In this document: one piece after another, positions 29,501 to 45,855 of the stretch | Layout of the letters: the number at the start of each line of letters is the position of its first letter | Numbering within the stretch: position 1 is the stretch's first letter | DNA from: the human T2T-CHM13v2.0 reference genome, Homo sapiens | DNA length: 64,000 bases | Assembly (NCBI RefSeq): GCF_009914755.1 | Contig: NC_060934.1 | Strand: one strand, 5' to 3' | The notes under the pieces: generated by a model | The model's database searches: none | Told to the model about the DNA's origin: nothing | Seen by the model: the letters and a program-made list of their open reading frames with translations, nothing else | Position numbers and translations under genes: made by a program

Positions 29501-31548
29501 TTAGTACAATTTTTAAAGGGAGGTATAGTTAGTTTGGGGTGGCTGGGAGACTGATGATAGTAGACCCTAAGCCCCCATGCCACCTCTTGGTATTCCAAAG
29601 AGAACGGGGGAGATCTACTTCATCCCTGTGTTCTCCTTGGCTTTCGAATGTGGATGACCTGGGCTTCCTGCCTCTCCCAACCTCATGGAGTTGTTAATAC
29701 ATTCAGAGAGACAGCAGAGTAAATTACAAAGGGCCTTGCAGAACTTCAGACTGCTTATTGACTGCATTAGCTATCTGCCAGGCAGCTGTGGGGAACCAGT
29801 AGGTCGCAGTGTGGTTTCAGTTCATTTGGGTTTGTTCCCAGGGAAGCAAGCCTTGGCAAAAGCTTTCTTAGTACTGCTTAGGAAAGTAAAAAGTGGATGT
29901 GGCAGAGGATCTAGGAGGAAGGAGGCCTCTTGAGAACTATAACCTCCTACTGTTCCTCTTGCAGGCTGAACCAAAGCCCCTCCATCCCAGGCACCCACCA
30001 CAGCAACATGGATTCTGCAAGCCTGACCTCTTTTTGGTGAATGAGAGCAGGTTGCCCTTCCAAGAATCATTTGGATTGGCAAAGGCCAAAGAATTTGAGG
30101 GCTGAGTTGCTAATACAGCCATCAGGAGCCCCCAAGCGAGCCCCTCTTTATACTTCTCTTCTACTCTGAGGCCTTTTTATTTCTCCTTACTTCCTGCAGG
30201 AGGTCTCCGGTTTTACCCATCAAAAATTGTATTCAGAAAAGGTTCTGATACAAATCATTTACCTCGTAGTGAAAACTGAACTGCCTTTATCACATACTGA
30301 GCCTGTACTCTCAGTCTATTTAAAAGAATTCCAGGCCTTAGAGAGTGGATGTGGAAGAGGCTTAAGGTGGGAGAGGAGGGGAAAGTAAAGGGGAGGCAGG
30401 GATTTCCCTCTCTCTTTCTCTTGGAAAGGCTAAACATATGCCCTGGAGCACCTTTCCGGGTTCAATGGCTGGCTGCTTCCTCAAGGTCTGCAGGTTCAGT
30501 TTACCTGCAGTGCTGGCCACATTTCACGTCCTGCTTCAGCTAAGTGTAGAGATTTTTTTTTCTTTTAGTTAAACTAGAAATGTCTTAGGGGTAGAAAGCA
30601 TGCCTTGTTCAGCTTGAAATGCTCCTCATTATCTGGCACAGGGCCTAGAACATAAATATGATTAATGTATGTTGATAAGTTAGGTACTAAAGGCTATGAA
30701 TTCTCCTAGACACACTGCTTTAGCTGTATCCCATAGGTGCTATTAGATAGTATTTCCATTATTTTTGAAATTTGTTTTGTACAACATCAAGCTATCTCTG
30801 ACAAGGAAAGGAGAATTATCTTCATTTCACAGGAAAATCAAAACTCAAAGACAAAAAGAGACTTGCTCTAAGAATACAGCATGCAGTAGTGGTAGACCTC
30901 CAGATTTTGCTGGGCTCTGGGATTCAGGGTGCATCAAATAAGCCAGGACGCCTGTTCTGAGTTTGAGCTCCTGCTTAGGCTCTGCCATCTCCATCCATTT
31001 TCTCATCCTCTTTGGGTATCATCAGGTCACATATAAAGACCTCTAGGGTCCATTAGCAGCAATTAGGGATCCTTGATTTGGAAGGAACTTTGCCTTCCTG
31101 AGGCTTCTGCTACAAAGCTGACACTTTATGAACAGTGCATGTATCACCTAAAACCTTGCCTAAAACCAGGCATACAGTGGCCAAAGGCAGAACCGGGGTC
31201 ACTCTGTGCTCAACTGAGAAATAATAGAAGAGGACACCTAACCCCTTTGAGATCCATTACCTCCTAACGAGGCATCACTGCTTGGAGTCCTAGGTTACTT
31301 AACGTTCTCTCTCTCCCCATCCCTAGCAGAATCTTCTTTTAGGAAATATTCTGATAAACTTGTTCACATGGATGAGGAAATGACTCATAACAAAGCGCTG
31401 TGTCTCTTTTAGGCTTTTGCATTTCAAAAGGAGTCAGACATTAAATTAGAAAAAGGAAAGCTCTAATAATGCAATTTCAGTTATTAACGAGAGAGCTACA
31501 AAAAGCTTTTGAGCATGAGAGACCGAATTTAATTCTTTATGTTTGTAT

Positions 31549-31830
<282 letters not shown>

Positions 31831-33049
31831 ACTAATTCTTTATGTTTGTGTCTTAAGGGGATCTGATAGAAGTTAGCTGTGTTGTCAGTTCCACTCACTG
31901 TTGCTTCAGTTGCTTCATTTGTGAACTCAGAGTTGAGCAGCCGCTTACATAGACCGCCTGGCTCTAACAGCCCAGAGTTTTTACAGTAGAATGGGCCACT
32001 CAATGATTGTAGTAGAAATACTTATTGTAAGTATATCTCCTCAACTCATTGCTGGAAGCAGGACAGATTGTCATCAGACAGATCATGGTCCCAATGAGAA
32101 CCAGGCCTACACCCATCTGGCCTCTGCCTCCCCAGCAGCAGCTGAGACCCTTCCCATTCTTCCCTCCCAGTAAGACAGGAAGGCGTGGAAGGTCTTCAGG
32201 ACAAAGCTGGAAAGCTAGACTTCATGGAGGCTGCAGCCCCACAGTGTCCCCAGAATCTAGACCATTTGTGCAGACCTGCTGCAGTTCAAACCAGGGCAAT
32301 CTGTGCCTCCTGGGCCTCAGTTTTATCATCTATTAAATGGGGGTCTTGTTGTCTCCCTGCTCAATTCCCAGGCTGGTGGGCAGCCCCAGGATGATGATAT
32401 GCTTTGTGGAAAAGGACAGGGCACAGAGACTCTGGCAGGAGCATTTCCAAGGAGCATATGGAGAAGCAGCATCCATCTGGACCTCTAAGATCTACTGTGT
32501 CCTGTGCTGGAGGGACACCAGCTGGCATGCTCCTGTCCCCTCTTCTCTCCAGTGACCCCCTTCCGTACATGGCCACTTCCCCATAGCTGTGCCCACTTCC
32601 AGCCAGTGCGGGTGTATATCCTCCCAGCCTTTGGGCCTCTCTCAGCCACAGAGCTTCTGGGATGGGTAGGCAGCTGTGGAGGCCCCTGGGGGCTCCCAGA
32701 AAGGCTGGGGTTGGGCTGGGGTGGGGCTGGGGTTAGGCTGGGGAGCAGATCTGATTTGCTGCCCTTCTGCTGACTTGTCCCACAGCATAACATCACAGTT
32801 AAGGCCCAGAGGGGAAGGCAAATGAGGGTTACTGCCCGGCTAACCATAGCAACTCTGCAGGGGGCTTGGCAGACTGCAGTGTCTGTCTCTAGATGTTGGG
32901 GAAGACTTCTGGGCCCTCAGAGAACCCTCCAGGCCATTGTTTTAATCCAGCCACCCAATAATTATCTTTTCTGTCCCCTAGTCAGTCATGAGACCTGTCA
33001 GCCTCCACTTGCTCAAGCTGGATATGGGAACTGGTGAGGAGACAGATGC

Positions 33050-33780
33050 TGGGCCAGCCCTGAGTGATAGAAAGTTCTTCCTGAGGTTGAGTTGAGTTGT
33101 CTTACTGCAACCTTCCCTCACCAGTCCCAATTCTGCTCCCAGGAGCCAGAACAAGAGTGAGCCCCTGTCCCCAGAATCATCCCCCTCTCCCCACGTCCCA
33201 GGGTATCCAGCAAGAGGGACTCCAGACCTATCTCATAGTCAGTGTGTTTTGGGACCTCCCCTACCCACCCCCCACCCTGCCCCGTAACTTTCCTGAAGAA
33301 TAAAAGCCAGATCTCCCCCATCTTGAATGTAAGCCATTAATTTTTTGAGACCTAAATTCAGGACTTTACATTTCACTTACATGTACCTTTCATTTTCTTG
33401 GTTTTAATCCAGCATTTTGGTATGTTGAGATAACCTTAAATCTTGACTTTATTGCCTTGTGGGTGTTACAGCTCCTAGCCACAGATTTCATAAGCATGCC
33501 TTTTATTTTCCCCCTAAATTATTAATTAATGTCATATCAGGGTTGGAGTTCTAGGGACCCCTAGGCTGCTATCAAACCTTTCATAAAGCCCCCATTGTTG
33601 GTCCTCCAGTATCCCTCCTACGTCTCTCAATCAATTCACGAGTTTTTTCTGAGAGATCTTGGCAGTGTCCTGATGAACTTTCGTATTCATCATTTTTCCT
33701 CTCAGAAACCCATTCTGGAAGAGGAAATCTGTAGGTTTAGCTTGATTTGTTCTTTTGTTTGTTTTGGAAATATTATTTAG
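33050..33780 (-). mobile_element. CR1/L3 LINE fragment
   Basis: gatagaaagttcttcctg and taaattcaggactttacattt resemble L3 reverse strand. Confidence 0.45.
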
Positions 33781-33924
33781 TAAAACGTGCACACTGTGAA
33801 TAGCTATGTAAAATTAACAGCTGGATAGAGTTACAAAAACATTTACCAGCCAGTTGTGTCTTATGAACAGTTGCTCCAAATGGTATTGACATGATTTTTA
33901 TATTTTTTTAGATTTAAAATAAGT

Positions 33925-35585
<1,661 letters not shown>

Positions 35586-35687
35586 TCTTAGTGAGTACTA
35601 ATATAGGCTCCTAATGAACAATACATTATTTTCTTTCTTTTTGAAAACGCTTTTTTGTTTTGTTGTGCTTATTATAAAAGAATTCTA

Positions 35688-35992
35688 GGCTGGGCGTAGT
35701 GGCTCACACCTGTAATCCCAGCACTTTGAAGGGCCGAGGCGGGCAGATCACGAGGTCAGGAGTTCAAGACCAGCCTGGCCAACATGGTGAAACCCTGTCT
35801 CTACTAAAAACACAAAAATTAGCCAGGCATGATGGCACATGCCTGTAATCCCAGCTACTCAGGAGGTTGAGGCAACAAAATTGCTTGAACCTGGGAGACA
35901 GAGGTGGCAGTGAGCCGAGAACACGCCACTGCACTCCAGCCTGGGCAACAGGGCGAGACTCCGTCTCAAACAACAACAACAACAACAACAAA
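35688..35992 (+). mobile_element. Alu (AluS-type) with (CAA)n tail
   Basis: AAAGAATTCT on both flanks. Confidence 0.93.
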
Positions 35993-36029
35993 GAATTCTG
36001 AGCACCGCAAAAGAGAGAGTAAACCTGAC

Positions 36030-36517
36030 AGAACCCTCACATCCAGAGATAACCCCTATGTTTGTGATGCTCTCTGCCTGCCACATCCCATTGGCCCAAA
36101 GATTTCAGCTGGGGTGAATGGTTCCTCAAATTTTTAGCACCCCACCAGGTCTGCACCTGGGAGTCTCTCTGCTCTGCTTCCTCTGAAGTCACAAAAAGGG
36201 ACAACCCAAAACTGCAGGAGTGGGGCAATACCAGACCAGTGGGGAGGTGAAGCAGCCAACGCCACCTCTTAGGTGGGGTAAACCTCGGGTTCACCCTGCA
36301 CTTTTCTCAGAGTGTCCCCAGCAGGATAGAACCCCCCAGTTGCCCACAGCTAAAACCAGCTCATTAAGGCACCCATTTCTTGCCTTTTCTCCCTTCTTCA
36401 TCTCACTCTCCTCATTCCCTCACTTCCACTGCCCGGCATCATCTCCCAAATAGACTCCCTATATCCAAGCTCTTGTCTTAGGGTCTGCTTTCAGAAGCAG
36501 GAGAATCAAACAAAGAT
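36030..36517 (+). mobile_element. LTR16-like ERVL LTR
   Basis: ccccagttgcccacagc...tctcccaaataga...cttgtcttagggtctgctttc. Confidence 0.6.
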
Positions 36518-36829
36518 GTTAGTGACTACCTCTTTGCGTATACACTTGTATATGTATATTTCCAATAATAAACCTATGTAATTTTGCATAAAGGGGATCA
36601 CACTACACATGCATTCAAAAACCTGTTTTTTTTTCTAATTACTCACAGTGGGTAGTGAACATATTTCCATGTCAATAAAGAAAATCCTAAGCACAGTTTT
36701 TAATGTCTGCATAGTATGCCATTGCAGAAGTGTCTCATTTTTTATTTAATTTACATAATTTATGGCTATCTGGATGGTTTCCAATTTTGCACTGTGATGA
36801 ACATGCTCAGGCACACATCTTTGCAAGTG

Positions 36830-37560
36830 TGCAGCTCAGAATTTGAAAAAATTCTGAGCTGAGGGAGTGCGTTGTTGTCTCCTAAGTGTACACTGTGTTT
36901 GGTCATTTCTTCTGGAATTTTAATAGAGGTCAAAACTAATCTTAGCAGTGTAGAGGCTTTTTAGATAAAAAATTTATATTTCCCTTTTTTGAAAATCAGG
37001 ACATTTGCCCATCTTCAGTTTTCTGGCACTTCCTTCATTCTCTGTAGTTTCCTCAAAAGCAATGATTATATCTGTAAATACCTCTGGGTCGCTGGGATGT
37101 CATATGTCTGGGCTTCAATGAGTGAGCTCATTGTAGGTAACTTGATGTCTTCTTCCTATCGCTTGACTATCTTGGGTCTCAATTTCCTCCTTATCCTCTT
37201 TATTCCACAATTTGAAGTAAAATTGCCTGTATCTTGCTCTGCCTGCCCTCGAGCCTAAGCCAGAGCAGATTCCTTCTTGTTATTCTTAGACTTTGAAAGC
37301 TTTTTGCTCTTGTCTTTGCCAATTTCCCCCGACTTCTGTTCACTGGAGCTTCAGGGCTTTGCTAACGCCATTCTTACAGATCTGCCAATCTTCCAGATTC
37401 CTCTTGGGTTATTGATTCCTTCTTGCCTCTTTTGTGTGTGTGCTTTTCATACCCTGGCTCATTGGAAAACTACAAGTGCAGCCTCACAAGATTTTCTATA
37501 AAACTTGATTTTATTTTTTAACAGCAGTGTTTGCAATTACTAATTGGAATTTTGGGGTTT
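36830..37560 (-). mobile_element. CR1/L3 LINE fragment
   Basis: tttttgaaaatcaggacatttgcccatcttcagttttctggcact resembles L3 RT region, reverse strand. Confidence 0.55.
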
Positions 37561-38060
37561 TATTACCTCTTGCCACAGCTGCCTCATACTGGCGTGTTGT
37601 ACAACATATCTTATTTTATCCTCACAGACACTCTCTGAAGCCAGCTGAATGTTAAGTTCCCCCATTCGATAGATGGGTGACCAGTGGCACAGAAAGGTTT
37701 AGGCACTATCTCAAAGACACCCAGCAAGACAGTGGACGAGCCCTTGGTTTTCCAGTTTCTTAGCCTAAATATGGTTCCCCTTGTCCACAATGGCTGAGAG
37801 AGGGTTCTGGTAAAGTGGGAGCAAGCAGCCTTATGCCTTGGTCCGCTATCCCTTAAAATCCTGAAGGTAAGGTCCATAGTTCACTCTCCTTTCCTTAGGG
37901 AGAGAAATTCTCTCTACATGGAGGATATCACCTCTAGAATCCCATCTCCCCAACAACCCCACCCCTTCAAGCAGACAAAGTCGGTGACAATTCTTCTGAA
38001 GCTAATAGCCAAGCTGTCCTCACCTGGTCTCAAATGATTCTCTGCTCAGACAGCAGGGAT

Positions 38061-38297
38061 TGTGTGCGTGCACACACACAACAGGGACTCTCTCTTTTTG
38101 TGTGTGTGTGTGTGTGTGTGTCTTGTACATGCACACACATATGTACAACACAAATACAGAGGCACCCCAGGTCTTTCTCTCTCTCTCTCACTCTCTCTCT
38201 CTCTCTCACACACACACACAAGCACAACATGAATACAGAGGCACCCCCAAGTGTTTCTCTGCCTGTCTCTGTCTCCCTCTCTCAGTGTCTGTCTCTA

Positions 38298-38329
<32 letters not shown>

Positions 38330-38520
38330 TTTCACACACACAGGCACAACATGAATACAGAGCACCCCCAGGTCTTTCTCTCCATCTGTCTCTTTCTGTC
38401 TGTCTGTTTTTCTGTCTCACATACACACGCACACACACACACACCATGAACACATGGGCACCCCAGGTCTCTCTCCCTCACTCAGTGTCTCTGTCTCTGT
38501 CACACACAGAGTGTCACAAC
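38061..38520. repeat. Composite minisatellite: 4 conserved ~30-bp cores separated by (CT)n(CA)n tracts, plus (TG)n
   Basis: Core cacaacatgaatacagaggcacccccaggtct at ~38145, 38223, 38345, 38443. Confidence 0.85.
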
Positions 38521-38549
38521 GTCTGGCTCTGGACAGCCATGGGTGATCA

Positions 38550-39120
38550 GCTGCCCGGCCCTCTCCTCTCCCTTCGCCCCATGCCCCGGAGTCGGTACCC
38601 GGCCCCACGGCTGGCCCCCAGCCCCAGGACCACTCACCCTCCATGATGCCCCCAGTTGCGGGCTCCGGCGGTCTCCGATGGCGGGAGGCAGCGGGCCCCT
38701 TCGGGCCAGCGGGCAGAGGGACGGTCTCCGGGCACTTGGTTGCGGGCTGCGCCCCTGCCTCCGCGCTCCGCAGGTCCGGTCGGTCCGGGCAGAGGTGAGC
38801 AGGGGGCGTGCGCTCCCAGGCCCCGGGCCCTGGCCGGTTTCCCTCCCCTCGGGCTGACTGGCTCCCGCGCAGCGCTGCTGCCCGCAGGGCTCAGCCGCCC
38901 GCCGCCCCTCGCCTCCCGACCAGGGGAAGGAGGGGGCTCGTGAGGCGCAGTCGTCATGGCACCCGCGCACCTGTGCCCGCCGAGCGAGGGCGCCCCGGGC
39001 CCGCCTCCCGCATGGCGCTCTCTCCACAGAGCCCGAGCGCCCCTCCGAAGTAGGGGACACACCCCTCCTCCCACTGCAGCTCTGGCAGCGGCGTCCCGTA
39101 ATTCCCCACCTCTCTCCCGT
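38550..39120 (-). promoter_or_regulatory. NPFFR1: NPFFR1 promoter / exon 1 CpG island (no TATA box seen)
   Basis: GC- and CpG-rich block with GC-box-like motifs immediately 5' of the ATG. Confidence 0.85.
38638..38644 (-). CDS. NPFFR1: NPFFR1 exon 1 coding part (ATG GAG G; 7 nt)
   Basis: ggcatcATGG strong Kozak (A-3, G+4), then GTGAGT donor at 38637; joins exon 2 to give MEGEPSQ; total CDS 1293 nt. Confidence 0.93.
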
Positions 39121-39585
39121 GCCTCATATGCCAGCCTCTGTCCCCACTCCTCATCCTTGCCCACCCTAGCCTGGGGTCCAGCACTCTGGGCCTTCCTGAG
39201 AAGGGGATGAGAGGTAGCTGTGAAAACAGGAGGGCTTCGGGAGGGAGGCAGGGGGGAGCCCCACCAGCTCCCGGCTCTCCCAGGAGAATGGGGACAAGTT
39301 CTGCTAGGTGACCACGGCTTTGAAATTAACCAGTTCAGGCATTCACCGGGTGGTACCCTTGGAAAAGTTTCTTATAATAATACCTGTGCCTGAGTGTGTT
39401 TCTGCATTTGTAAAATGATTTTGAGGGGAGTAAATGTGATACCAAAGTTTCAGCCCAGCCCATAGTAGATGCTCAACAAATGGTTCCTTGAGTTGAATTG
39501 GAGAATACTCATCTCCAGCCCCTGTCAGGCACCCAGCAGGCACCACCATAAATTTTTGCCACATGAATAAAGATCCCAGGTTCTA

Positions 39586-40198
39586 TCTGCACTCCTGTGT
39601 TTTTCTTGCAGCACTGTTTACAATAGCTAAGATTTGGAAGCAACCTAAGTGTCCATCAACAGATGAGCGGATAAAGAAAATATGGTACATATATGTAAAT
39701 GGAGTACTATTCAGCCATAAAAAAGAATGAGATCCAGTCATTTGCAACAACATGGATGGAACTGGAAATCATTATATTAAATGAAATAAGCCAGGCACAG
39801 GAAGCAAACGTCACATGTTCTTACTTATTTGTGAGATCTAAAAATCAAAACAGTTGAACTCATGGACATAGTAGAAGCATGTGGTTACCAGAAGCAGGGA
39901 AGGGTAGTGGGAGGATAGGGATGGTTAATGGGTACAAAAAAATAGCTAGAAAGAATGAATAAGACCTATTGTTTGACAGCACAATAGGGTGACTATAGTC
40001 CATAATAACTTAATTGTATATTTTTAAATAGCTTAAAAAGTATAATTGGATTGTTTGTAACTCAAAGGATTAGTGCCTGAAGGGATGGATACCCCATTCT
40101 CCATGATGTGCTTATTTCACATTACATGCCTGTATCAAAACACCTCATGTACCCCATAAATATATACACCTACTATGTACCCAACTATTTTTTTAAAA
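39586..40198 (+). mobile_element. 5'-truncated L1MA 3' end
   Basis: L1 3' consensus; near-perfect TSD AAAGATCCCA(G/T)GTTCTA at 39569-39585/40199-40215. Confidence 0.9.
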
Positions 40199-41012
40199 AA
40201 AGATCCCATGTTCTAGGCAGATGAAAGAAAGTGAATGGTCTATTCCTTCCTCTTTTAGGAGTCAGGAGTTTGCTCACTGGACACTGGGGAAACAGTTGGC
40301 ATCAAGATTCTTCCTAGTCTCACTTCTTTCCCTAGTTCCTCCTCTGTCCAGAGCAGTGGGCAGAGTCTCACAGCTAGAAGGTCCTTAGGGGTCACTGAGT
40401 CTAAACCTGACCCAGAGCGGGCATCCTGACCCTAATCCCCAGCAAGAAGTATCCCCAGCAATGGGTACCTCTGCCATCATGTCCCTCTCTCTTCCCCTAG
40501 GGCAGCCCTTCAGAGGTCAAGTGGGAGGGAAGTTGCTCCTTCAACGCTGCTGTTCTACTGGAGAAACACAAGAATTTCACTGGGCTTTTTTCTTTCTGTG
40601 ACTTGCCTCAGTCTCTTCATCTGTAAAATGGGCATAATAATGGCACCTATCTCCTATAGTTGTGAAGATTAAAGCAGTTACTATATACAAAGCATGTGAA
40701 ACAGTGCTTTGCATATAGACAGTACGCAAGAAATATTATTCATCTTATCACTATCTTGAGTCCACCTCCCTGTAGAAGTGCTCACATTTCTTGAAGTCCC
40801 TCTGATAAAACCCAGAAGTATGTCAGGTCATATTAAGCCCCCTTGAGCAATGCAGAGTTTGAGGCACTGTGCTGTAAAGTCTGTATAGCCCAGCACTGCC
40901 ATTTAGAGTTGGTGCGCTTTGGGAAATTTATATGTCTTTGTGCCTGAGTTTCCTCTCATCTACAAAATAGGGATAATAGTACCTACCATGTAGGGTTATG
41001 AGAATTAAATGA

Positions 41013-41400
<388 letters not shown>

Positions 41401-41742
41401 TAGACTTTGAATAATGCAGTCTCACTTTTTCGCTTTCTTCCCTTTCCTTCCTTCTTTCCTCAGCAGCCACATCATTCTAGCGCCTTGTGGTCAATTGCTC
41501 CACCATCTTTTTTATTTGAATAGTTCCAGATCATAGAGCCTTTTCTTCCTTTTCCCTCCTCTTCTACAGACATTTTTCTTCTACCATTAAAACCTTCCTA
41601 TAGTGTCAAGTCCACGTGGTACCAGACAAAACAAATTTCGTGGATCTAGCCTTGGAGAGCAGGCAGGGCAGTGTGTCTGAGTGTGAATTCTATCTCTACT
41701 ATTTGTTAGCTGTGTGACCCAGGGTAAGTCACTTAAGCCCTC

Positions 41743-42106
41743 TGATATGGTTTGGCTACGTCCCCATCCAAATCTTACCTTGAATTGTAGCTCCCATAAT
41801 CGCCATGTGTTGTGGGAAGGACCGGGTGGAAGGTAACTGAATCATCGGGGTGGGTTTTTCCTGTGCTGTTCTTGTGATAGTGAATAAGTCTCACAAGATC
41901 TGATGGTTTTATAAAGGGCAGTTCCCCTGCACATGCTCTGTTGCCTGCCGCCATGTAATAGGTGACTTTGCTCCTCCTTCACCCTCTGCCATGATTGTGA
42001 GGCCTCCCCAGCCATGTGGAACTGTGAGTCCATTAAGCCTCTTTTTCTTTATAAATTACACAGTCTCCAGTATTTCTTCATAGCAATGTGAAAATGGATT
42101 AACACA
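41743..42106 (+). mobile_element. THE1 MaLR solo LTR inserted in a MIR
   Basis: tgatatggtttggct...ttaacaca; perfect 5-bp TSD CCCTC (41738-41742/42107-42111). Confidence 0.92.
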
Positions 42107-42300
42107 CCCTCTAACCTCATTTTCCTCATTTGTAAAATGGGATTTATACTACTTTTTCTAACGGCTGCTGTGTGGATTAAAACAGCATTAAATACAGTGC
42201 CCTTCCTCATCCCCAAAGTCATGGGTGGAGGCCGAACAGACAGATTGGGTAAAAGTTGCTCCATGCAGATAAAGAAAAGTGCCCCCTCTCTTTCTCCTCC

Positions 42301-43332
42301 TGTTGTGGACTGAACTATGTCTCCCCAAAATTGATATGTCAAATTCCTAACCCCACAATGTGACGGTATTTGGAGATAGGAAGTAAGTAATTATGGTTAA
42401 ATCAGGTCATAAAAGTGAGGCCCTAACGACATAAGGTGGGTGTCTGTATAAGAAGAGAAAGAGACTGGGTGTGGTGGCTGACACCTGTAATCTCAGCACT
42501 TTGGGAGGCTAAAGCGGGTGGATCACTTGAGCCCAGGAGTTCAAGACTAGCCTGGGCAACGTGGCAAAACCCTGTCTCTATAAAACATATGAAAAAAATA
42601 TATGTATATAGCCAGGCGTGGTGTTGTGTGCCTGTAGTTCCAGCTATTCAGGAGGCTGAGGTGGAAGGATCACTTGAGCTCAGGGGGCTCAGAGGCTGCA
42701 GTGAGCTGACATCACACCACTATACTCCAGCCTGGGTGACAGAGCAAGACCCTGTCTCAAGGGAAAAAAAAGAAAGAAGAAGAGAAGGAGACACCAGGAA
42801 TCTACATGCATAGAGGAAAGGCCATATGAGGCCACAGCGAGCAGGTGGTCCTCTGCAAGCCAAGGACAGAGGCCTCAGGAGAAACCAAGCCTTTCAGCAC
42901 CTTGATCTTCGACTCTAACCTCCAGAACTGTGAGAAAATGAATTTTTGTTGTTTAAGCCAGGAGTGTCCAAATTTTTGTTGTTGAAGCCCCAACCCCTGA
43001 GTCACAGCCTGTTAGGACCTGGGCCGCACAGGAGGAGGTGAGTGAGCATTACCGCCTGAGCTCCACCTCCTGTCAGATCAGCAGCAGCATTAGATTCTCC
43101 TGGGAGCGCAAATCCTGTTGTGAACTGCACATGCACAGGATCTAGGGTGCGCACTCCTTATGAGAGTCTAATGCCTGATCATCTGATGTGGAACAGTTTC
43201 ATCCCCAAACCATCAGCCCCCACCCCCGAGTCCGTGGAAAAATCGTGTTCCACAAAACCAGTCCCTGGTGCCAAAAACGTTGGGTTTAAGTCTGTGGTAT
43301 TTTGTTATGGCAGCCCTAGCAAACCAAGATAC
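42301..43332 (+). mobile_element. MLT1A-type LTR with nested Alu (42462-42770) and MER1B (~42959-43284)
   Basis: tgttgtggactgaactatgtctccccaaaa start; tttgttatggcagccctagcaaaccaagata end; MER1B core cctgagctccacctcctgtcagatcagc. Confidence 0.8.
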
Positions 43333-44119
43333 CTCCCTACCCCAAAGCAGCTCCCAGGAAACCTAAGGCAACATTATTCTCCATTGCAGATCATGCTTTT
43401 CTCCAAAGTTCACCTGACTGCAGGGCTGGGGCGCTTCTCTGCCCTGAACCTTGGATGCAGAGTCTTTCAGTCAAACAAGTCACCATTGCTCCTATCTTAC
43501 AGATGAAGGAATCAAGGGAAATGCCTTGCCCAATACTACACAGCTAGAGTGGAAGAGAGAGGAGAGGAGGCCAAGAACACTCCCTTGGACTCCTTGGGCA
43601 CTGGCCCTGCCTCCCTCAACTTTTTTGGCCCTTTGGGAGAGCATCTGAGAAAGCTAAGGGTGCACCCATCCAAGGTGTAGAAGCAATCCCTGTCCATCTC
43701 AAGGAGCCCCACCACCTCCTTGGCCTGCAGGGTTTCCAGCTGCATGCATTCTGCCCAAGAGCTTGACCTGCACCTTCATCCTCAGGGGAGCTACTCCCCA
43801 TCCCACCCCACCTCCAATAGCTACAGCTGGGCACATGTGCTGTGGCTTAGGGAGCCTTTTTGCAGAAAGCCCCACCATCCTGGAAACTGATTTCCATCTG
43901 AAAAGCTAGATGCCAGGAGGTGGCAGGAAGAAAATGGAATTGAGAAGTTCTTTAAAAGGGGAAAGCCTCCTGTGCACACTGGAATCCATGTGGACACCTG
44001 CTTGGAGAAGCATCTAAAAGGAGCAGTGGAGGAGGAGGTGGAGGGTGATCTCAGAATCAGACTTTCTCGGGAGTAGTGAGGGCAGCCAAAGGAGACAATA
44101 GAAAGCCAGAAATCCAGAT

Positions 44120-44561
<442 letters not shown>

Positions 44562-45357
44562 TAACGTCTCTAGAGACCAAGAATTCTCAATCCTGACTGC
44601 ACATTAGAATTGTATAGGGGAGCTTTAAGAAAAATCACTGGCACTGAGCCTCTAACGCAGACTAATTGAAGCTCGCTTGATTCTGTGGAATCAGAGCAAT
44701 TCAATTGTATTCATCTCTGTTTGGATAGGGTCTGCACATCAGTGATTTTTCAAAACTCTCCAAGTGACTCTGATGTTCAGGCAAGATAGAGAATCACTGC
44801 CGCAACCCTTCTCGGCTTCTCACCTGCCGCAAGGGTCCTGGTCTCATAGAGCTTGTGGTCAACTGCGGGAGACATGAATGAATGAGTGAGTGAATGAATG
44901 AATGATGACCTTGTCTGTGGTCCACACACCATACTCTCCCCAGTGATCTCCCCAAATCATGCCCCTCACCGTCCATTTCCATTCCCCTGCAGACTTCCAG
45001 GTACTTCCTGGTTAAACCCAATCTCTTCCACAGGCCACCCAAGATGCCCACGGCCCAGTCCTTGTCCATTTCCCCACCCTGCAATCCTACCGCTTCTCCC
45101 TCCCACCTGACCCGCTCCTCACTGAGCACCTTGCTGTTCCACTAACTGCTCCGCGCCTTGGCATGTGCTATGCCCTCTGCCTGGCTATCTTTTGGTGCTC
45201 CCTCTCCTGTCCCCCTCCTCACCTGCCCATCAGCCTGTCTCTTGTCCCATCCTCTCTGCTCCCACATCTAGAATAGCTCTTAGATCAGTGATTCCCAAAC
45301 TGCTGCACTTTAGAATCTCCTGGGGAGACTTGAAGTCATCACACCCCATACCAATAA

Positions 45358-45714
<357 letters not shown>

Positions 45715-45855
45715 TAAAGATTCTCAGGTGACTCCAATGTGCAGCAAGATTTCAGAATTACTGCCTAGGACATTCCAGTCATATTTCTCTTCCCACGCCT
45801 GTTTCCCCGGCTAGTCTATGAACTTCCCACAGGCTGTGTGGTAAATAAGCAGAAA

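Noticed and set aside
38140-38480. CRISPR-like repeat-spacer appearance
   Set aside because: Spacers are low-complexity microsatellites of unequal length, cores are degenerate and non-palindromic, there are no cas genes, and the DNA is human; it is a minisatellite
38500-39210. Overlapping 76-186 aa ORFs in the promoter
   Set aside because: Stop-poor GC-rich CpG island artefacts
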